The notes beneath the pieces were generated by a model. It was not told the DNA's origin and made no database searches. It saw only the letters and a program-made list of their open reading frames with translations. A stretch of 64,000 nt of DNA from an uncultured Oscillospiraceae bacterium (lineage in GTDB: Bacteria > Bacillota > Clostridia > Christensenellales > CAG-138): NCBI GenBank assembly GCA_964490325.1, contig CAZBBX010000002.1:71110-135109 (forward strand), in the 5' to 3' direction. Numbering within the stretch: the first letter of the stretch is position 1; the number at the start of each line of letters is the position of its first letter. Positions 26,225-36,634 of this stretch are shown piece by piece. The position numbers were made by a program, and so were the translations under genes.

Positions 26225-28307
26225 CGCTCTTCTTAGTGTTTCTGTAGATGTACTTGCAGTCGGCATTCGTGCAGGCGATATAGCTGCCGTTCTGCCCGAC
26301 GCGCTTGACCATCACGCCGCCGCACTTGGGGCAGCGCATCTCGACGGGTCTGTCCCAGCTGACAAAATCGCAGGCGGGATACTTTTCGCAGCCGTAGAAG
26401 GTCTTGCCCTTCCTGCTGCGCTTTTTTAGGATCGCGCCGCCGCACTTGGGGCAGGCCACGCCGATCTTCTCTAAGATGGGCTTGGTGTTCTTGCACTCCG
26501 GGTAATTCGGGCAGGCCAAAAATCTGCCGTAACGCCCCATCTTGTAGACCATCTTGGCGCCGCACTTGTCGCAGACCTCGTCGGAGACCTCGTCGGGGAT
26601 CTCGACCCGCTCAATGGTGTCCCAAGCCTTCTGCAGGGACTCGGAAAAGGGCTTGTAGAATGCGTCTAACAGCTCCACCCAAGAGATCGTGTTTGCCTCC
26701 ACGCCGTCTAATTTATCCTCCATGTCGGAGGTGAACTTCACGTCCACGATGTCCTTGAAGTTGTCCTTCATCAGACGGGTGACGATGAAGCCCAAATCGG
26801 TGGGCATGAGGGTCTTTTTCTCGCGGGCGACGTAGCCGCGGTCAACGATGGTGGAGATGATGGGCGAATAGGTGGACGGACGTCCAATGCCCTTCTCCTC
26901 CAAGAATTTGACGAGCGTCGCCTCGGTATAGCGCGGAGGCGCCTGCGTGTAGCGCTGCTCGGGCGTGATCTTGCTTTGAGTGAAGCGGTCGCCCCGCTCC
27001 ATGGGCGGAAGCTGTACCTCGCTCTCCTGCTGCTCGTCGCGCCCCTCCGTGTAGACCGCCGTAAAGCCGTCAAAGAGCACGCGCACGCCGTTGGAACGGA
27101 AGATGCAGCCGTTCGCATCGAAGCTGACCGTGCTGGACAGAACCTGCGCATCCGCCATTTGACTGGCAACAAAGCGTTCGTAGACCAGCTTGTAGAGCTT
27201 GTACTGATCGGAGCTTAGGAAGGACTTGATGGCCTTCGGCTCGTTCTCCAGACTCGTGGGACGAATGGCCTCGTGCGCGTCCTGCGCGTTGCGTCTGCCC
27301 TTAAAGATGTTGGGCGTTATTGGCACATAGCGTTCGCCGTAGGTGGCGCTGATGTAGGCCTTGGCCGCCTCCTGTGCCTCCGAAGCCACGCGCACGGAAT
27401 CGGTACGGATGTAGCTGATGAGACCCTGCGCGCCCTTTTTGCCGATCTCCACGCCCTCATAGAGCTGCTGGGCGACCAGCATGGTGCGCTTGGTGGTGAA
27501 GCCTAACTTGCGCGAGGCCTCCTGCTGCATACTGCTGGTCGTGAACGGAGGCGCTGCGTGGCGCTTCTTTTCGACGGTCTTTACGTCGCTGACCACAAAG
27601 TCCGCGCCATCGATCAAGCCAAGGATCTCGTCCGCCGCCGCCTTATCGTGCAGCTCCTGCTTTTTGCCGTCCCTGCCGTAAAACTTGGTCTCAAAGGGCT
27701 TTTTCTTTCCGTTGCCGATCAGCGCCGTGATCGTCCAGTACTCCTCCGGCACAAAGGCCAGTATCTCCTCCTCGCGGTCGCAGATGACGCGGGTGGCAAC
27801 GGACTGTACGCGTCCTGCGGACAGGCCCTTTTGCACCTTTGCCCACAGGATGGGGCTGATCTTGTAGCCCACCAGCCTGTCCAGTATGCGCCGCGTCTGC
27901 TGCGCGTTGACCAGATCCATGTCGATGGAGCGCACCTTTTTGATGGAGCTTTTCACGGCGTTCGCCGTGATCTCGTTGAACACGATGCGGCACTTGCTTG
28001 CGGGATCCAGCTTTAGGATGTTGGCAAGATGCCAAGAGATCGCCTCGCCCTCGCGGTCAGGGTCTGTTGCAAGGTAGATCTTCTTTGCGTCCTTTGCCTC
28101 CTTGCGGATATGCTCCAGTACATCGCCTCTGCCGCGCAGGGTGATGTATTTGGGAGTGAAGCCATGCTCCACGTCCACACCGAGCTGACTTTTGGGCAGG
28201 TCGCGAATGTGTCCGTTGGACGCGATCACCTTGTATTTGCTGCCAAGAAACTTTCCGATCGTCTTTGCCTTTGCGGGGGACTCTACGATCACCAGTTCAT
28301 CCGCCAT
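26211..28307 (-). CDS. topA: DNA topoisomerase I
   Basis: Toprim domain ([13 protein letters not shown]), an active-site Tyr region (ISYIRTDS), and C-terminal CxxC zinc ribbons. Confidence 0.95.
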   Translation of the reverse strand: MADELVIVESPAKAKTIGKFLGSKYKVIASNGHIRDLPKSQLGVDVEHGFTPKYITLRGRGDVLEHIRKEAKDAKKIYLATDPDREGEAISWHLANILKLDPASKCRIVFNEITANAVKSSIKKVRSIDMDLVNAQQTRRILDRLVGYKISPILWAKVQKGLSAGRVQSVATRVICDREEEILAFVPEEYWTITALIGNGKKKPFETKFYGRDGKKQELHDKAAADEILGLIDGADFVVSDVKTVEKKRHAAPPFTTSSMQQEASRKLGFTTKRTMLVAQQLYEGVEIGKKGAQGLISYIRTDSVRVASEAQEAAKAYISATYGERYVPITPNIFKGRRNAQDAHEAIRPTSLENEPKAIKSFLSSDQYKLYKLVYERFVASQMADAQVLSSTVSFDANGCIFRSNGVRVLFDGFTAVYTEGRDEQQESEVQLPPMERGDRFTQSKITPEQRYTQAPPRYTEATLVKFLEEKGIGRPSTYSPIISTIVDRGYVAREKKTLMPTDLGFIVTRLMKDNFKDIVDVKFTSDMEDKLDGVEANTISWVELLDAFYKPFSESLQKAWDTIERVEIPDEVSDEVCDKCGAKMVYKMGRYGRFLACPNYPECKNTKPILEKIGVACPKCGGAILKKRSRKGKTFYGCEKYPACDFVSWDRPVEMRCPKCGGVMVKRVGQNGSYIACTNADCKYIYRNTKKSDDTE

Positions 28308-28321
28308 TGTATTTCCTCCAG

Positions 28322-29464
28322 TTATTCATCGAACGTTACCGTGGTATGTATGCCGTCTACTTCGTAAACTTTACCCGGCAACTGCCTAATTATTTCCGAA
28401 AAGCACAGTTCTGTCAAGGTCGAATTCAGCTCGCCTATATCGCAGTCGATCAGCTCGCTCAGTTCGTCCGCCGTATGCTCTCCCATGCGCAAGGTCATGT
28501 ATACCTGCTGCGCCAATTCTCCAAGCGTTCCAAAGGGGATCTGCTTGGCCTCCTTGGTCAGCCCCACATCGTCGCCAAGGCCTTGAAACTCTGCCAAAAT
28601 ATCCGCCGTGTCGAACACCGCCTTGGCTTCCCCCGCCCTGATGGCGCGGTTGGGTCCTGCGCTCAGCGGATCGGTCAGACGTCCCGGGATGGCGAACACC
28701 TCGCGCCCCTGCTCCGAAGCAAAGTTCATGGTGATCTGCGTGCCGCTCTTTTCCGCCGCCTCCACGCAGAGCACGCCCTTGCTTAGGCCGCTCATCACGC
28801 GGTTGCGTATGGGAAAATGATGCCCCAAAGGCGGCGTCTTGGGCAAAAACTCCGTTACGATGGCTCCCGCCTCCGCCACACGCTCATACAGCTGTGCGTT
28901 CTCCCGCGGAAAGACCACGTCGATGCCGCAGCCCAGCACGCCGATGACGGGCGTTTGTTCACCGCCCGCTTCCAAGGCGCCCATGCTTGCATAGCTGTCC
29001 ACTCCCGCCGCCAAGCCCGTCACCACGGTCGCGCCGTTTTCAACGAGCTGCCGTGCAAACAGCCGCGCCATGTCCTTGCCGTAGGCGCTGCAGCGCCTTG
29101 CGCCGATGACGGCAAGGGGCAGCTTCGGCTCGGCGGGGAGCTTGCCGCGGTAGAACAAAAGGCTCGGCGGGTCAAAGATCTCCGCAAGCAGCGTGGGATA
29201 GTCCTCGTCCGCAAGCGTCGTTACGCCGATGCGGTTCTTCTCCATCCAGCCCACATACCTGTCCATGAAGTCGGGCGCCGCCGCCGTGAGCAGGCGCTCC
29301 CGCACCCCCTCGGGCGTATCCGAGAAGAAGGAAAGCTGCTTCTTTGCTGCGCACTCGTAGGCCTCGGACAGATCGCCGAAGCTGTCGATCAGATCGCTAA
29401 AAAGCTTTGTGTCGTACTGCGTTGCGAAATTCAGCCACAGCCACAGCCGCGTCTCGTCCTTCAT
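28322..29464 (-). CDS. dprA: DNA-processing protein DprA
   Basis: Rossmann-like DprA core (VVTGLAAGVDSYA, FPIRNRVMSGLS) plus a C-terminal winged helix. Confidence 0.9.
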   Translation of the reverse strand: MKDETRLWLWLNFATQYDTKLFSDLIDSFGDLSEAYECAAKKQLSFFSDTPEGVRERLLTAAAPDFMDRYVGWMEKNRIGVTTLADEDYPTLLAEIFDPPSLLFYRGKLPAEPKLPLAVIGARRCSAYGKDMARLFARQLVENGATVVTGLAAGVDSYASMGALEAGGEQTPVIGVLGCGIDVVFPRENAQLYERVAEAGAIVTEFLPKTPPLGHHFPIRNRVMSGLSKGVLCVEAAEKSGTQITMNFASEQGREVFAIPGRLTDPLSAGPNRAIRAGEAKAVFDTADILAEFQGLGDDVGLTKEAKQIPFGTLGELAQQVYMTLRMGEHTADELSELIDCDIGELNSTLTELCFSEIIRQLPGKVYEVDGIHTTVTFDE

Positions 29465-29475
29465 GTATGCCCCCG

Positions 29476-31005
29476 TCAGTTCTCTCCGCTGAACAGCTCC
29501 ATGCTGCGGTATTGGATCGCCTCCGCGCAGTGCTTCTGCGAGATCTGCTGCGCGCCCTCCAAGTCGGCAATCGTGCGCGCCACCTTGAGGATGCGCTGAT
29601 ACGCACGCGCCGAAAGCTTGAGCCTGTCATAAGCCTGATGCAGCAGGCGTTCGCTTTCCGCGTCCAAGGTGCAGTAGCGGCGGATGCGCGGTCCATTCAT
29701 CTGCGCATTGCAGTGGATGTTTTCGCCGCGGAAGCGCTCGCGCTGCACCGTTCGCGCCGCATTGACGCGGGCACGGATATCCGCCGAGCTTTCGGCGGGA
29801 CGCTTGTCCGTGATCTCGCCGTAGCCGACCTCGCTCATCTCCACATAGATGTCGATACGGTCGAGCAACGGTCCGCTGACGCGATGAAAATACCTGCCGA
29901 CCTGCATGTCGGTGCACACGCACTGCTTGGTGCGCGAACCGCGGTTTCCGCAGGGGCAGGGATTCATCGCCGCTACCAAGGTGAACGCGGCGGGATAGGT
30001 GGCGGTGGCTGCGGAACGGGAAATGGTGATCATCCCATCCTCCAACGGCTGCCGCAGCGCCTCCAAGACGTCGCGCTGAAACTCCGGAAACTCGTCTAAA
30101 AACAGGATGCCGTTGTGTGCAAGGCTGATCTCGCCCGGCAGAGCGCGGCTGCCGCCCCCGACGATTGCGCTGGATGAAGCGCCGTGATGCGGCGCACGGA
30201 AGGGTCGCTCGGTGACCAGCCCCTTGGTGCCCCTTGTGTTGCCGACGATGGAATGGATCTTTGTGATCTCCAGCGCCTCCTCAAAGGTCAGCTCCGGCAG
30301 GATACCGGGGATGGCGCGTGCCAGCATGGTCTTTCCGGAGCCGGGTGTGCCGCACAAAAGGATGTTGTGTCCGCCCGCAACGGCGATCTCCGCCGCTCGT
30401 TTTGCGGTCTGCTGTCCCTTGATCTCGGAAAAATCCGTGCTGAAGCGCAGGGATTCGTTGGTGAACTCGCTTGGGGGGCAAGGCTCGATGAGCGTTTCGC
30501 CCCGAAGATGCTCCACAAGCTCGCGCAGGGTATGCACGGGCAGTATGGTCGCGTCCTTGATGTAGGACGCCTCCAAGGCGTTGTCCTTCGGAACGGCAAA
30601 CAGTCTTTCCCCGCGGGAGAACGCGTCGATGACCATGGGCAGCACCCCGTTGATGGGGCGGACGCTGCCGTCCAGCGACAGCTCGCCCAGCATGGTCATG
30701 CCCGCGCTCAGCAGCTGCGGGATCTGTCCCATGGCCGCCAAGGTCGCCATGGCGATGGGCAGGTCATAGACGGAGCCTTCCTTTTTGCGGTCGGCAGGCG
30801 CCAAGTTGATGGTCACACGCGCCGCGGGATAGCCAAAGCCCGAGTTTTGGATGGCCGCCTGCACACGTTCGCGGCTTTCGCGCACGGCGGCGTCGGGCAA
30901 ACCGACCACCTCCACGGCAGGCAGTCCCTTGGAGATGTTCACCTCGACCATGACGGGGAAGCCTATAAGACCGTTGAGGCCGTAGCTGGGCACCTTGGCA
31001 AGCAC
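29476..31005 (-). CDS. comM: YifB/ComM family Mg-chelatase-like AAA+ ATPase
   Basis: N-terminal Lon-like domain, Walker A GTPGSGKTMLA, a GILFLDE Walker B-like motif, and a C-terminal ChlI domain. Confidence 0.9.
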   Translation of the reverse strand: MLAKVPSYGLNGLIGFPVMVEVNISKGLPAVEVVGLPDAAVRESRERVQAAIQNSGFGYPAARVTINLAPADRKKEGSVYDLPIAMATLAAMGQIPQLLSAGMTMLGELSLDGSVRPINGVLPMVIDAFSRGERLFAVPKDNALEASYIKDATILPVHTLRELVEHLRGETLIEPCPPSEFTNESLRFSTDFSEIKGQQTAKRAAEIAVAGGHNILLCGTPGSGKTMLARAIPGILPELTFEEALEITKIHSIVGNTRGTKGLVTERPFRAPHHGASSSAIVGGGSRALPGEISLAHNGILFLDEFPEFQRDVLEALRQPLEDGMITISRSAATATYPAAFTLVAAMNPCPCGNRGSRTKQCVCTDMQVGRYFHRVSGPLLDRIDIYVEMSEVGYGEITDKRPAESSADIRARVNAARTVQRERFRGENIHCNAQMNGPRIRRYCTLDAESERLLHQAYDRLKLSARAYQRILKVARTIADLEGAQQISQKHCAEAIQYRSMELFSGEN

Positions 31006-31008
31006 GCT

Positions 31009-31509
31009 TCAGCCCTCCTTGGCCGCTTGCTGCGGCGCGGGCTTTGCGCGAAACACGAACAGCTTGTTGCCGATGAAGTTCAGCAGAATGCAGATCAGCG
31101 TTGCAATGAGCTTGCAGAAGAACTCGCCGTTGATGAGCTTCATCAGGAAGGCGGGACACCAAGTGTTTGCATCCCACCAAGCGGCGATGCCCAAGCCGTC
31201 GCGGAAGAGGAGCAGCAGTCCCAACGAGATCCCCAGTATGACAAGGTTCAGCGCAAGGAAGCTCAGCATCTCGCGAAGATCGCGCTTGCGTTCCTTTTTG
31301 AACGTCCACGCCGTGTTGAGCAGGTAGCTGTTGACGATGCCGCAGCAGTAGCCGATGATCTGCGCGGGCAGATACCAACTGAACAGCCAGTTGAGCAATC
31401 GGAACACGACCGTGTCCACAAGCGTGTTCAGCACGCCCACCAGCGCAAACTTGATAAACTGCCCCACGCTGCGCTTGGCGTTCTCTTTCCGTTCCATAGC
31501 TTCCATCAT
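31009..31509 (-). CDS. GtrA family membrane protein
   Basis: 166 aa, four TM segments, with the FIKFALVGVLNTLVDTVVF opening typical of GtrA-like proteins. Confidence 0.8.
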   Translation of the reverse strand: MMEAMERKENAKRSVGQFIKFALVGVLNTLVDTVVFRLLNWLFSWYLPAQIIGYCCGIVNSYLLNTAWTFKKERKRDLREMLSFLALNLVILGISLGLLLLFRDGLGIAAWWDANTWCPAFLMKLINGEFFCKLIATLICILLNFIGNKLFVFRAKPAPQQAAKEG

Positions 31510-31524
31510 GCCCCTCCTATTTCG

Positions 31525-33408
31525 TTAGACCCAACCGTAATACAGCCAGCCGCCCGGCAGGAAATACTCTAAGAAGTACGCGTAGCCCTTGCTTGCGGGC
31601 AGACCCGATATGGCGGGGTAAATGAGGATGAAATACAGCACGGCCAACCCCAGCCACAGCCACTTGAGCCACCAGATCTTGGGATAGCGCTTCTCTAAGT
31701 ACCCAAAGTAGTACACGCCCGCAAGGATCATAAACGGCACCGTTGCAAAGAAGTGGTACAGGAACACGCAGCGCGTGACCAGCACCCAAGGCAGATAGTT
31801 GGCAAGGATGGCGATGAGCAGCACCCACAGCGCCACATCGTGCTTGACGTTCTTTGTAAGGCGCGCTATGAGCAGGCACACGGACGCCACGGCGCTGACC
31901 CACCACACGATGGCGTTGCCGGTGCTGGAGATGTTGGAGATCTGGCCGCTTGTCGTGCTCGATACATAGAACCATACGGACTTTGCCGTAAACGGCCACT
32001 GGTACCACGCGGACTGGCACTGGTGCGTGGCGTCCAAGCCCGAATGGTAGTTGTACATATCCGACTGATTCTTCAGCAGGGTATTTACCATGTCCTTGAA
32101 GCCATAGCCGCTTTGCTGCGTTGCCGCGTAGCGATAGTAGGGTGTGTACGCCACAAAGTAGATGGCGCAGGGGATGGCGACAAAGAACAGCAGGCACCAA
32201 AGGATGATCTCGACAAGCTTCCAAGTGTAGCCGTTCACGCGGTCGTATCGGCGTTTGGCGTCAAGATACTCGGGAGTTTGAGACTTATTGCCGTACTTTT
32301 GCAGGATGGGCGCTGCTGCTTTCTTCTCGCGAACGCACTCCACGCCCCTTGCGATCAGATAGCTGAACAGCAGCACGGCAAGCCCCACGCCCGCATAGCA
32401 GCCGATCCACTTGCTGGCGACTCCAAGCCCAAAGAACAGCCCCGAAAGGAAGAGCTTGGGCAGCAGCTTCTTGAGGGGGACGTCAAAGAGATTCTGCGAG
32501 ATGAACTCGTACATGAACAAGTACATCAGCAGTATGAAGAATACCGCATACACATCGATCGTGGCGATACGCGTCTGCGTAAAGTGCATACAGTCGAAGG
32601 TGAACAAGCCCGTTGCGATGAACGCAAGGTCTGTGCGCTTGAAGATGCGCTTTGCGAACACATAGAGAATGGGCAGCATCCCAATGCCGAACAGTGCGCC
32701 CATGATGCGCCAGCCGAAGGGCGTCATGCCGAAGATGAGGATGCCAAGCGCAATGATGAGCTTGCCAAGCGGCGGATGCGTCCACTCATAGATGGACATG
32801 TTGTGGATGTTCTCGTAGGCGGTACGGGCATGGTAGATCTCATCGAAGTACATGCCATTGAAGTAGGAAGGCTCGTCGGGCACGGTGCCCTGCTCGTCCA
32901 CCAGATTGGCCTGCTCCCCCGTGGGATCGACCACCGATACGCTAAGGAGCGTTCCCTCCGCATCGAAGAAGGCAAGCTCGTTGAACGCCACGGCACTAGT
33001 GACATTAAGCGTCAGGTAACGCGTGGTGAGCGTCGCACTCACATCGTGCCACTTGAACATGTTGCCGTAGTCCTCACTGTAGCTCAGCTCGCTGCCGTCG
33101 TCGCCCGTGAGCGTCATCGACCCGTTGGCGATGTTGCCGTTGTACCAGATCTCGTTGAGCGTGACCGTTTGGCCAAAGTCCAGCGTGAGGGTCTCCCCCG
33201 CCGCACCGTGCCAAACGCTTGTTGGAAAGTTTGTCGTTCCCAGATTCAGCAGCGCGATCAGGCTATATACGGCGACCAGAATGCCCAGCAGGATCTTGTC
33301 GATGCGCTGCATCTTGGCGCTGCCGTTTTTTTCGAAGATCGAAAGGATCTCGGGCTTTTTGATGGCGCTCTGTGCGCCGTTCGCCTTTGCTTTAGCCATG
33401 CTCGACAA
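31525..33408 (-). CDS. GT-C glycosyltransferase, PMT/GT39-like, with a discoidin-like module in the first extracytoplasmic loop
   Basis: First TM, then a ~130-aa beta-rich insert (LTLDFGQTVTLNEIWY...RYLTLNV...FNELAFF), then the PMT loop-1 acidic motif YFDEIYHARTA and more than 10 TM segments. Confidence 0.8.
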   Translation of the reverse strand: MSSMAKAKANGAQSAIKKPEILSIFEKNGSAKMQRIDKILLGILVAVYSLIALLNLGTTNFPTSVWHGAAGETLTLDFGQTVTLNEIWYNGNIANGSMTLTGDDGSELSYSEDYGNMFKWHDVSATLTTRYLTLNVTSAVAFNELAFFDAEGTLLSVSVVDPTGEQANLVDEQGTVPDEPSYFNGMYFDEIYHARTAYENIHNMSIYEWTHPPLGKLIIALGILIFGMTPFGWRIMGALFGIGMLPILYVFAKRIFKRTDLAFIATGLFTFDCMHFTQTRIATIDVYAVFFILLMYLFMYEFISQNLFDVPLKKLLPKLFLSGLFFGLGVASKWIGCYAGVGLAVLLFSYLIARGVECVREKKAAAPILQKYGNKSQTPEYLDAKRRYDRVNGYTWKLVEIILWCLLFFVAIPCAIYFVAYTPYYRYAATQQSGYGFKDMVNTLLKNQSDMYNYHSGLDATHQCQSAWYQWPFTAKSVWFYVSSTTSGQISNISSTGNAIVWWVSAVASVCLLIARLTKNVKHDVALWVLLIAILANYLPWVLVTRCVFLYHFFATVPFMILAGVYYFGYLEKRYPKIWWLKWLWLGLAVLYFILIYPAISGLPASKGYAYFLEYFLPGGWLYYGWV

Positions 33409-35500
33409 CTCCTTTCAGCCAATTCTTAGCCTTCTTGATATCTTTCTCCCAGTCCGTCTCTTTTTTATGCTCGTACCACGCTCGTATCCTTTTGTTCACA
33501 CCGCGGTACATGTCCAAAACGACCCAGCCCAAGTACAGGCAGAAGCCCGTCTCCAAGAAGGAGCAAAACTTCAACAGACCGTTGTGCTCCCTGCCGCCGC
33601 GTACCACGCTTGACGCCAGATCGGACACGACATACATGGCGGTCATCTCGTTAAGGAAGGTCGTTACCGTCAGCAGCAACGACGCCAGCAGCAGCCGCTT
33701 GTCCCCGCAGTACACATACGCAAAGAGCAGCATGAACAGCACGGGGAAGATGTAGCGTTCGTGCATGTAGTGGCCGAAGGTGAAGATCCAGCACATGGTA
33801 AACGCTGCGGAGAGATAGACAACGCCCTTGTTCTCCTCGGCAGGCAGATCAAGCCTGCGGTTTGCAAGCACCTTTTGAATAAGCATCCAAGCGCCCAAGA
33901 CCACGGCTATGCCGATGGAGATGACGCCAAAGGTCTTGTAGCTGATGGGACCAAGCAGGCTTTGAGACGAGGCCGTCCAGTTGCCCCCCACAAGCGCCTG
34001 ATAATTGTATGCCTCGACGCTTGCGTAATCATACCCGCCCTGCGCCGAAAGGAAGCGCTCGATGAGCCAGAAATAGCCCTGCGTTCCCTTGAAGGGCAGC
34101 GACACGACGAAGATGAGCGCCAACGCCGCCGCCACGGCAAGAATCGTGTTGATGAGCTGCTTTTTGTTGCGGATGGTGACGATGTACGCCACAGCCAGCA
34201 CAGGCCCGAACATCAGCGCCTGCCACTTGAACAGGATGGCGACCGCGTAGACAAGACCCGCGCCGATGCGCTTTTCCTTGTTGAGCAGATAGAAGCTCAG
34301 CAGCAGAAACAGAGTCAGCAGGGAATCGATCTGCGACCAAGCCCCCGAAAGGAACACGGCCGCGGGATTGAGCACCACAAGACCGCCAAGCAGCAGCACA
34401 AGGCCGTTGGAGAGCTGCTTTTCCCTTGCGCAGTGCATGATGAGCACGCCGCAGAGAATGTCGCCTGCGAAGGCGGGCAGCATGTAGCAAAAGTAGCCAA
34501 GGTTCGTATAGGCGCTGATGCCAAACAGATCCATCAGCTTGGTCAGAAGCCCCAGCACGAGCATGTAGCCGGGGGGATAGTCGTACCAAGTGCCCACATA
34601 GAACGTGTTCAGCCCGCCGTTTGCGATCTGCCGACCCCAAGCAATCCAGCAGCCCATGTCGGTATCATGCCCCTGATACTTGGCGCACAGCAGATAGCGA
34701 ACGATCGCCCCCGCCACGACCAGCGCGGCAAAGATCCACTTCACATCAGCATTTGAAAGCTCCCAATCGATGATGCGCTTGCGATTTGCATACACGCCTG
34801 CAAGGAGCACCACCCCCGCCAGCACCGCCGCCCAAGTGATGACACTGAAGAACGCCTTCTTTTCCTCGTCGGTCATGCTGCTGACCGTATCGGTCGTTCC
34901 CTCGTCGCTGCTGCCGTCGCCCCAAGCGGTCAGGCTTTGGAACACGGCGGAGGACTGCGTTGTCTTGGTCAGCTTCACATTGCGGAAGTACGCCGTGCCG
35001 CTTGTCGCCTCGCCGTAGCCGCCCATGCGCAGCGCAAGGATGGCCTGCGTCTGCCCCTCGCCCATTTGAAATGCAAGCTCCACGCTCTGCCAGTCGTTGT
35101 CGCCAAGCAGGGAGTTGGAATAGATGCAGCTTTGATCGATGCTGTAATTATCTATGGACAGGCTCACGCCGCGTCCGTCCGCCGCGCCCTCCGTCATTAT
35201 CTCGGCGCTTAAGACATACTTTTCCCCCGCCTCGACCGTCACCTGATGAGTGAGCCGAAGGTCGTCCGCGATCTGACTGTTCAGTCGAAGCACGCCGTCG
35301 TTGAACTCATAGCTGTATTGGTTTTCGTAGGAGCTGAGGCTCCAGCCTGCAGGCAAGCCGTTGTCATCCAACTCGGTAAAGTCGAAGCTGCTGTCCTCCA
35401 CCGCCGCCTCCTCGTGCGGCAGGAGCAGAACAAGCGCCACGACGGCTGCTATGACGATCAGCGCCGCAATACCAACAAGGATCCAATGCTTTACTTTCAA
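33392..35500 (-). CDS. GT-C-fold membrane glycosyltransferase-like protein with an N-terminal CBM-like jelly-roll module
   Basis: TTG start after GGAAGGA. One TM, then a ~170-aa beta module (GWSLSSYEN...VTVEAGEKYVLSAEI...AYFRNVKLTK), then a polytopic domain with HDTDMGCWIAWG and YDYPPGY loop motifs. Overlaps the next gene by 17 nt. Confidence 0.7.
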   Translation of the reverse strand: MKVKHWILVGIAALIVIAAVVALVLLLPHEEAAVEDSSFDFTELDDNGLPAGWSLSSYENQYSYEFNDGVLRLNSQIADDLRLTHQVTVEAGEKYVLSAEIMTEGAADGRGVSLSIDNYSIDQSCIYSNSLLGDNDWQSVELAFQMGEGQTQAILALRMGGYGEATSGTAYFRNVKLTKTTQSSAVFQSLTAWGDGSSDEGTTDTVSSMTDEEKKAFFSVITWAAVLAGVVLLAGVYANRKRIIDWELSNADVKWIFAALVVAGAIVRYLLCAKYQGHDTDMGCWIAWGRQIANGGLNTFYVGTWYDYPPGYMLVLGLLTKLMDLFGISAYTNLGYFCYMLPAFAGDILCGVLIMHCAREKQLSNGLVLLLGGLVVLNPAAVFLSGAWSQIDSLLTLFLLLSFYLLNKEKRIGAGLVYAVAILFKWQALMFGPVLAVAYIVTIRNKKQLINTILAVAAALALIFVVSLPFKGTQGYFWLIERFLSAQGGYDYASVEAYNYQALVGGNWTASSQSLLGPISYKTFGVISIGIAVVLGAWMLIQKVLANRRLDLPAEENKGVVYLSAAFTMCWIFTFGHYMHERYIFPVLFMLLFAYVYCGDKRLLLASLLLTVTTFLNEMTAMYVVSDLASSVVRGGREHNGLLKFCSFLETGFCLYLGWVVLDMYRGVNKRIRAWYEHKKETDWEKDIKKAKNWLKGVVEHG

Positions 35501-35535
35501 TGCGCATGTCCTTCCTAAGCGAATAAGCTGCTTGT

Positions 35536-35565
35536 ACTATAGCACAGGAAAGGTATCCTTTGCAA
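35536..35565 (-). promoter_or_regulatory. Sigma-A type promoter upstream of the GT-C gene pair
   Basis: On the minus strand: TTGCAA (35565-35560), 18 nt, TATAGT (35541-35536). Confidence 0.4.
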
Positions 35566-35639
35566 TCGGGAAAATAGATTGCCCCATAGACCGCACAAAA
35601 AACCTGAGTTTTTGAAGGGCAGAGCCGCGCCTTGCTTCC

Positions 35640-35999
35640 CTAAAAGGCGTTCTCGATCCATTCGACCCGCCCCATTGGAAGGTAGACCTCGATGACGTCG
35701 AAACGCGCAGCGCTGTATTCCCCGCGAAAGACCGCAAGATAGCTCTCCGCCGCCAAGCGCAAAAACCTTTGCTTTTGTACGCCCACCGCCTCGCAGGGCA
35801 GGCCGTAGGAACCGTCCGTCCGCGCCTTGACCTCGACAAACAGCAGCGTATTATCCCGCCTTTGCTGTGCGATCAGGTCGATCTCGTGCCGTCCCGCACG
35901 GTAGTTGCGCTCCAGTATGCGGCAGCCCGCCTTGCGCAGCGTCTTCTCCGCAAGGCGTTCGCCCAAGCGTCCCTTTGCACCCGTATCGGCGGCGCTCAT
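35640..35999 (-). CDS. YraN family (UPF0102) endonuclease-like protein
   Basis: GEDLA-like opening (GERLAEKTLRKAGCRILERNYR...EIDLIA...VEVK). ATG 35999 forms an ATGA overlap with the rnhB stop. The 306-aa track ORF is an artefactual extension. Confidence 0.85.
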   Translation of the reverse strand: MSAADTGAKGRLGERLAEKTLRKAGCRILERNYRAGRHEIDLIAQQRRDNTLLFVEVKARTDGSYGLPCEAVGVQKQRFLRLAAESYLAVFRGEYSAARFDVIEVYLPMGRVEWIENAF

Positions 36000-36616
36000 A
36001 GGAGTTTTGTCAGGAAGCTTCTGCGATGGATGGGACAGGGACCGTACTTTTGCAGCGCCTCGATATGCTCCCGTGTGCCGTAGCCCTTGTTGCGCCGAAA
36101 GCCGTACTGCGGGTAGGTTTCGTCCATGCGGATCATGTACGCGTCCCGCTCCGTCTTGGCAAGGATGGAAGCGCAGGCGATGGAATAGGACAGCGCGTCG
36201 CCGTGGATGATGGCGTGCTGCCTTGCGGGGATGTCCAAGCCCTTCAAGGCGTCGATGAGCACCTCGTCCACGGGAATGCCTATGGCGGCAAAGGCCTCGT
36301 TGAAGGCGCGCTTGGTGGCGTTCAGGATGTTGATGCTGTCGATCGTCTCCGGCCACACCCAAGCGCAGCTTGTCGCCAGCGCCGTCTCCCTGATCGCTTT
36401 TCCCACCGTTTCCCGCCTGTTTTCGGAGAGCTTCTTGCTGTCGTTGACATAGGGGATGAGCGGTTCCGAAGGCATGACGGCGCAGCCTGCGACCACGGGA
36501 CCCGCCAAGGGGCCTCGTCCCACCTCGTCCATGCCTGCGACCACCAGTCCCTGCTCCCAAAACACGCGGTCACGCTCGGACAGGGTCAAAAGTCTGACCG
36601 TTTCCTTCTCGTTCAT
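35996..36616 (-). CDS. rnhB: Ribonuclease HII
   Basis: VAGMDEVGRGPLAGPVV catalytic motif and DSKKLS; 206 aa. Confidence 0.95.
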   Translation of the reverse strand: MNEKETVRLLTLSERDRVFWEQGLVVAGMDEVGRGPLAGPVVAGCAVMPSEPLIPYVNDSKKLSENRRETVGKAIRETALATSCAWVWPETIDSINILNATKRAFNEAFAAIGIPVDEVLIDALKGLDIPARQHAIIHGDALSYSIACASILAKTERDAYMIRMDETYPQYGFRRNKGYGTREHIEALQKYGPCPIHRRSFLTKLL

Positions 36617-36634
36617 CTAAAAAGGCCTTTCAAG

